Shown: positions 58,086 through 64,000 of the stretch, piece after piece
Layout: each line of letters begins with the position of its first letter
Numbering within the stretch: the first letter of the stretch is position 1
Notes under the pieces: model-generated
The model's database searches: none
What the model was told of the DNA's origin: nothing
The model's input: only the letters and a program-made list of their open reading frames with translations
Program-made: the position numbers and the translations under genes
Source of the DNA: the human T2T-CHM13v2.0 reference genome, Homo sapiens
Assembly: GCF_009914755.1 (NCBI RefSeq)
Contig: NC_060933.1
DNA length: 64,000 bases
Reading direction: 5' to 3' (one strand)

Positions 58086-58895
58086 TTTTTAAAATGTTTA
58101 TACTATCAAAAGCAATCTGCAAATTAAGTGCAATCCCTATCAATGACATGCTTCACAGAAATAGAAAAGAAAATCCAAAAATTTATATGGAACCACAAAA
58201 GACCTAGGATAGCCAAAACAATACTGAGCAAAAAGAACAAAGCTGGAAGCTACCTGACTTCATATTATACTACATAGTAGTCAAAACAGTATGGTATTGG
58301 CATAAAAACAGACACATAGACCAACAGAACAGAATAGAGAACACAGAAATAAATCCATGTATTTAAAGCCAAATCATTTTTGACAGAGGTACCAAGAACA
58401 TACATTAGAGAAAGAACAGTCTCTTCAGTGAATGGTGCTCAGAAAACTGGACATCCAAACACAGAAGAATGAAACTAGATGCCTATCTCTTGTCATATAT
58501 AAAAATCAAATCAAAATGGATTGAAGACTTAAGTCTAAGACCTGAAACTAAAAACATTTCTTGAGAAGAAAACATTGCAGAAACACTTCAGGACATTGGT
58601 CTGAGTAAAGATTTCTTGAGTAAGACTTCAAAAGCACAGGCACCAGAAGCAAAAATGGATGAATGGGATCATGTCAAGCTGAAAAGCTTCTGCACAGCAA
58701 GGGAAACAATTGACAAAGTGAAGACACAACCCACAGAATGGAGGAAAACATTGCAAGCTACTTATCTGACAAGGGATTAATAACCAGACTATATAATATA
58801 TCAGTAGTTCAAACAACTCAATAGCAAAAAAATAATAATCTGATTTTAAAATGGGCAAAAGATTTGAATAGACATTTGTCAAAAGAAGACATACA

Positions 58896-59194
58896 GGCCA
58901 GGCACAGTGGCTCGCACTTTAATCCCAGTACTTTGGGAGGCCAAGATAGGGGGGATCATTTGAGGTCAGGAGTTCGAGACCAGCCCAGCTAAGATGGTGA
59001 AGCCCAGGCTCTACTAAATATACAAAAATTAGCTGGGTGTGGTGGCAGGCGCCTGAAATCCCAGCTACTCAGGAGGCTGAGACATGAGAAACACTTGAAC
59101 CTGGGAGGCGGAGGTTGCAGTGAGCCGAGATCGCATCACTGCACTCCAGCTGCTTAGGCGACAGAGCAAAACTCGTCTCAAATAAAAAAAAAAA
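58896..59194 (+). mobile_element. Alu (AluS-like) inserted in L1
   Basis: Full body; TSD aagacataca. Confidence 0.95.
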
Positions 59195-59306
59195 GACATA
59201 CAAGCAATTAACACGTATGGAAAAAATGCTCAATATCACTAATAATCAGGGAAATGCAAATTAAAACTACAATTAGATATAATCTTACTCCAGTTAAAAT
59301 GACTTA

Positions 59307-59649
<343 letters not shown>

Positions 59650-60510
59650 GAAATATCTAGACAGCCACATCACCATATTTATAGCAGCACTATTCAAGAT
59701 AACCAAGATATGGAATCAATCTAAGGGCCCATCAGTTGATAAGTGGATAAAGAAAATGTGGTACATATGCATGATGAAATATTATTTAGTCATAAAAAAG
59801 AATGAAATCCTGTCATTTGCAACAACACAGATAGAACTGAAGGATATTATGTTAAATGAAATAAGCCAGGCACAAAAAGACAAATATTGCATGTTCTCAC
59901 TAATATACAGGAGCTGGAAAAAAAATGAAGATAGAGAGTAGAATAATGGTTACTAGAAGCTAGGAAGGGTAGTGAGGATGGGGCGATAAGAAGGGATGGT
60001 TATTGGGTACAAAAATACAGTTAGGGAGAAGGAATAAGGTCTAGTGTTCAGTAGCACAATACAGCAACTATAGTTAACAATAATTTATGGTATACTTCAA
60101 AATAACTAAAGGATTGAAATGGAATGCTCCTAATTCAAAGAAATAAATATTTGAGGTGCTGGATACCCCAATTACCCTGATTTTATCATTATGCATTGTA
60201 TGTTTGTGTCAAAATATTACATGCACCCATAAATATGTATAACTATTATGTATCCATAATAATCAAAAATTAAATATTGGAAAAAATATCCCATAGGTTT
60301 CCATCAATGGAAAAAACCTCTTCAAATATCTAATTGGTATTTGTGTTGACACTCATAATTGAGAGAAATTAATGGAAAATTGTCTATGACTAGACAAATG
60401 CCAGCAAAAAGATTTTTTTAGTACGTACAAATAGTAATCAGACAAAAAAATCAAGAAAATTATAGTTTGGATTATTTAGCATTTCAAAAAGTTAAATTCA
60501 CCTACAGTCA

Positions 60511-60668
60511 TTTTTTTTTTTTTCGAGACAGGGTCTCACTCTGTTGCCCAGGCTGGAGTGCAGTGATGCAATCATGGTTCACTGAAGCCTCAACCTCCCA
60601 TGCTCAGATGACCCTCCCACCTTAGCCTACTGAGTAGCTGGAACTACAGATGCACACCATCATGCCCA

Positions 60669-60705
<37 letters not shown>

Positions 60706-60820
60706 TAGAGACGAGGTTTTGCCATGTTGACTAGACTGGTCTTGAACTCCTGGGCTCAAGTGATCCACCCATCTCAGCCTCCCAAAGTCCTGGGATTACA
60801 GGTGTGAGCCACTGTGCCTG
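60511..60820 (-). mobile_element. AluJ with ~30-nt poly-T linker
   Basis: AluJ-type text (tgatgcaatcatggttcactgaagcctcaacctccc, ctcctgggctcaag). Confidence 0.9.
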
Positions 60821-60829
60821 ATCATCATC

Positions 60830-61600
60830 TACTTTTGCTGAGTACCTAAATGTAGTTTTGAAATATATAAAGCAAAATCTATTTGAGTTCCAAGGGGAAA
60901 TTGAAAAACCCACGAAGAACAAAAATCACACAGTTCTCAGATCCTAGATCAAACAGGTTTTTAAAATAAAATTTAGAAAATATTTTAATAACACAGTTAA
61001 CAAGTTTGATCTACTACATAAAAATATTTAACTCTGTAACCAATAAACAAAAAAATTGACATTATTTTCTTTTTTAAGGCCCTGGGAAAAATGCACATTA
61101 TTTTCAAACACATGGAACATTCATAAAAATTTACTTTGTATTGAGTCACGAAAAGACAATAAATTCCAAAAGCATGAAATTACCATAATGGAAAAATTAG
61201 AAGTTAAACAAGAAAATAAAGACCCCATCACCACCACCAACAACAACAAAAATCAAAGCACCTAGAAATTTAAGAATACATTTCTAAGTAATTCTTGGAT
61301 TAAAGGAGAAATCAAATTATAAATGATTTAGAAATGAAAATAATGTGAGCTCTAAATACCAATATTTATGGGATGTAACCAAGTGGAACTTAGTGGAACA
61401 CATACCTATGTTTATACAGTTTAGAAAGCAATATTTAAACTGAACTCAGCTTTCAGCTCAAGAAGTTAAAATAAACGCAAATAAAATTGAAAAAGAAAAA
61501 TAATATAAAGAGAAGAAATTAATCCAAACTGTGTAGAATTGATCAATAAAACAAAAAGTTGACTCTTTGAAAAAGCTATAAAAGAAACTTCCGACAGATC
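60830..61600 (+). mobile_element. Highly degenerate L1M ORF2 (endonuclease-region) fragment
   Basis: ttttcaaacacatggaacattc, ggattaaaggagaaatc, atttatgggatgtaaccaaag, aaaaagttgactctttgaaaa resemble L1 ORF2 5' region. Confidence 0.6.
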
Positions 61601-62383
61601 AGATTATTGGGTGCAGTGGGGGAGAGCTACAAACAGACATCACCAATCAGTATGAGAATTTAATTACATATACATCTGTGCTATTGATTTTATCAGTTTC
61701 TTCCTCTTAGGCTTCTAAGCAGCACAGCTTTTAAAATAATTTTTTTTAAAAAACTCCCAACAACTAAGTCTGCTTGAACCCTGTTTGCTGACTCAGAGAG
61801 GAGCATCTATGGGATCAAGCACTATCTTTGACAGGTAAGCATGAACTCTTCTTGCTGCTGATCCCGTGTTTCCATCTGCCAGGATCCCTAGGCTTGAATG
61901 CCCCCCGTCTACGGAAAGTTGGGGCCCTCTGTTGCTGTCTCTCTCCTTGCCCCCAACCACAAGACTGCAGTCTACCACGTCTCAGGAGTGACCACTGATC
62001 TGACTGTCTAGCCATGGAGGCACCCCTTGCAACTGCAAAAATGTCAACCCCTGATTAACAAAAGAAACCAACAAACAAAAAAAAAGAGATAAACCTGAGA
62101 AGCACTTAGGGAATGCAAAGAAAAGAATGAAGGGATAAAAATGATTTGAGAAAATAATAACTGGATACAAAGAACAAGTCAGAGAGATCTAGCCAATTAA
62201 GGAAGAAAACAGAAAAAAATTGGAATAGGAGGAATAATTGAGGCTAAATCAAAAAAGATGTTTCAGATTGAGAAGGGTCATTGTGCTTCAGGACATTTAC
62301 TGAAAAAAAAAAAAGCATGCCTAATTAAATGCAGTAAATATTTACATGGTAAAATGAGGAATCTTCAGGAATCCACTCTATCA

Positions 62384-62680
<297 letters not shown>

Positions 62681-63174
62681 TTACTTTGACTGATTTCTAT
62701 ATTTTTGTTTTCTATTTTATTCTACATAGTTGTCTTTGGGTCCTATTAATCCTAAGTCATAATATGTTAGCTAGAGATTCTCTTATTTTAGCTTATGTCT
62801 TTATCCGGTGTTTTTAGATGTCTTTCATAGATATTTGATCTGAATTATAGCTAGATATTCTTTTAAATATTTTATGAGTGGTTACAGTAAACTTTGTTTT
62901 CTTTGAGAATATGCTTAAGCCTATATTCATGTAATCATCAATTTCAAAGTCAAAACAATTATTTTTTATTTTTTATTTTAAGCCATGTGTTTAGTATCTT
63001 TGCTTAAAAGATGAGTTACTCTACTTCCTTTGTCTTTATCATCTTTCTCTTGGGTTTTGCAGCATATCATTTGGAACAAAAATTTTTTTAGCATTCAGTT
63101 TTGTAAATAATAAGTGAGGTAATAATTTAGAATCACCAATATTAATTTCTGTGATTATGTTTAAAGTCTTATTA

Positions 63175-63434
63175 GAGGCAGCATAGTGTAAGGGTTAAGA
63201 GTGCCAATTTTGAAGCCCAAAATGCTGAGGTTCAAATCCTGGCCCCACCTTTTAGTGGATGGATGGGTTTGAGCAAGAAAGTGAACTTCTTTATGCCTCC
63301 GCTTCCTCACTGGAAATGGGGAATAATAATAGTAGCTACCTCTCATTGGTTTGCACAAGAATAATTAAATTAATTAATGTATGTACCCAGAAGAGTGCCT
63401 AGCACATAGCAAGCACTGTTAATTATTATTATTA
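63175..63434 (+). mobile_element. MIR, near full length
   Basis: gaggcagcatagtgtaagggttaagagt...ggttcaaatcctggcccc...gtgcctagcacatagc...attattattatt. Confidence 0.85.
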
Positions 63435-63836
63435 TTTCCTCCTTTCTTTGCGTTTGATTCATCTTTCAGTGGTCTGACAAATGTCTTTGAAAATAGTCTT
63501 TTTTTTCATTATCTAGGAAGACCATGTAGTTACTATTCTTTTGCCATCTTGCTTATTTGGATTTTTTTTTGCATTTTCACACAGTAACAAGAAATTGGTG
63601 GAGTATAGGATTCTTGGATAATAAATTTTAACTTTTTCCCTGAAAGCTCGTAAATGGCATTTTATTGTCTTCTAACACTTATTGTTGCAAAAGTCAATGA
63701 AATTTTTGTCTCTGGATGGGGAAATGTTTTATCTTCTTGGATTAATTAATCAATTCAATAAATATTTATGGTGCTGATTCTTTGTATAAGACAGCCTAAG
63801 CCTGTCTATGGAGTAGGTGTATATGTGTGTTATATG

Positions 63837-63906
63837 TGTAAGTTTCCATGAACGTGTGTGTCTGCAATCTGTAAGTTTCTATGAACGTGTGTGTCTGCAA
63901 TCTGTA
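63837..63906. repeat. 33-bp tandem duplication (2 copies, 1 mismatch)
   Basis: tgtaagtttc(c/t)atgaacgtgtgtgtctgcaatc x2, followed by tgta. Confidence 0.92.
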
Positions 63907-64000
63907 TCAGGACTTGGCAGGTGCCTTCCACATCAGTGCTATACGACAACTTGCAAAAGAACCCTGCCTTTTAATGAGTTTACCATTAAAAAAAAAAATT

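Overview
Primate (almost certainly human) genomic DNA containing the 3' half of the nuclear-receptor gene RORB (NR1F2) on the + strand. Six coding exons (13886-14007, 15743-15875, 18757-18864, 21060-21170, 25058-25170, 38732-38887) have GT-AG boundaries. They splice into one continuous 743-nt frame encoding the ligand-binding domain and AF-2 helix (...[18 protein letters not shown]). A repeat-poor 3' UTR follows, with proximal (~40440) and distal (~45920-46430) poly(A) signals, then ~17 kb of repeat-rich intergenic DNA. The rest is intron/intergenic sequence with ~20 Alus, L1 fragments, MIR/L2, two solo LTRs and DNA-transposon relics (MER20, MADE1, Tigger2a, MER5, MER33). Repeat subfamily names come from recalled consensus sequences, not a search. 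I see no wholly new gene system that the sequence alone can establish. The best leads are hypotheses: (i) three cryptic routes to LBD/AF-2-less RORB isoforms, notably a 28-nt UGC-flanked microexon before the last exon; (ii) two antisense exon-like units that are phase-compatible in back-splice order; (iii) an in-frame, stop-free exon 5-8 circle flanked by inverted Alus; (iv) candidate enhancers, including a clock-type E-box/RORE cluster; (v) several mechanistically informative retrotransposon rearrangements.
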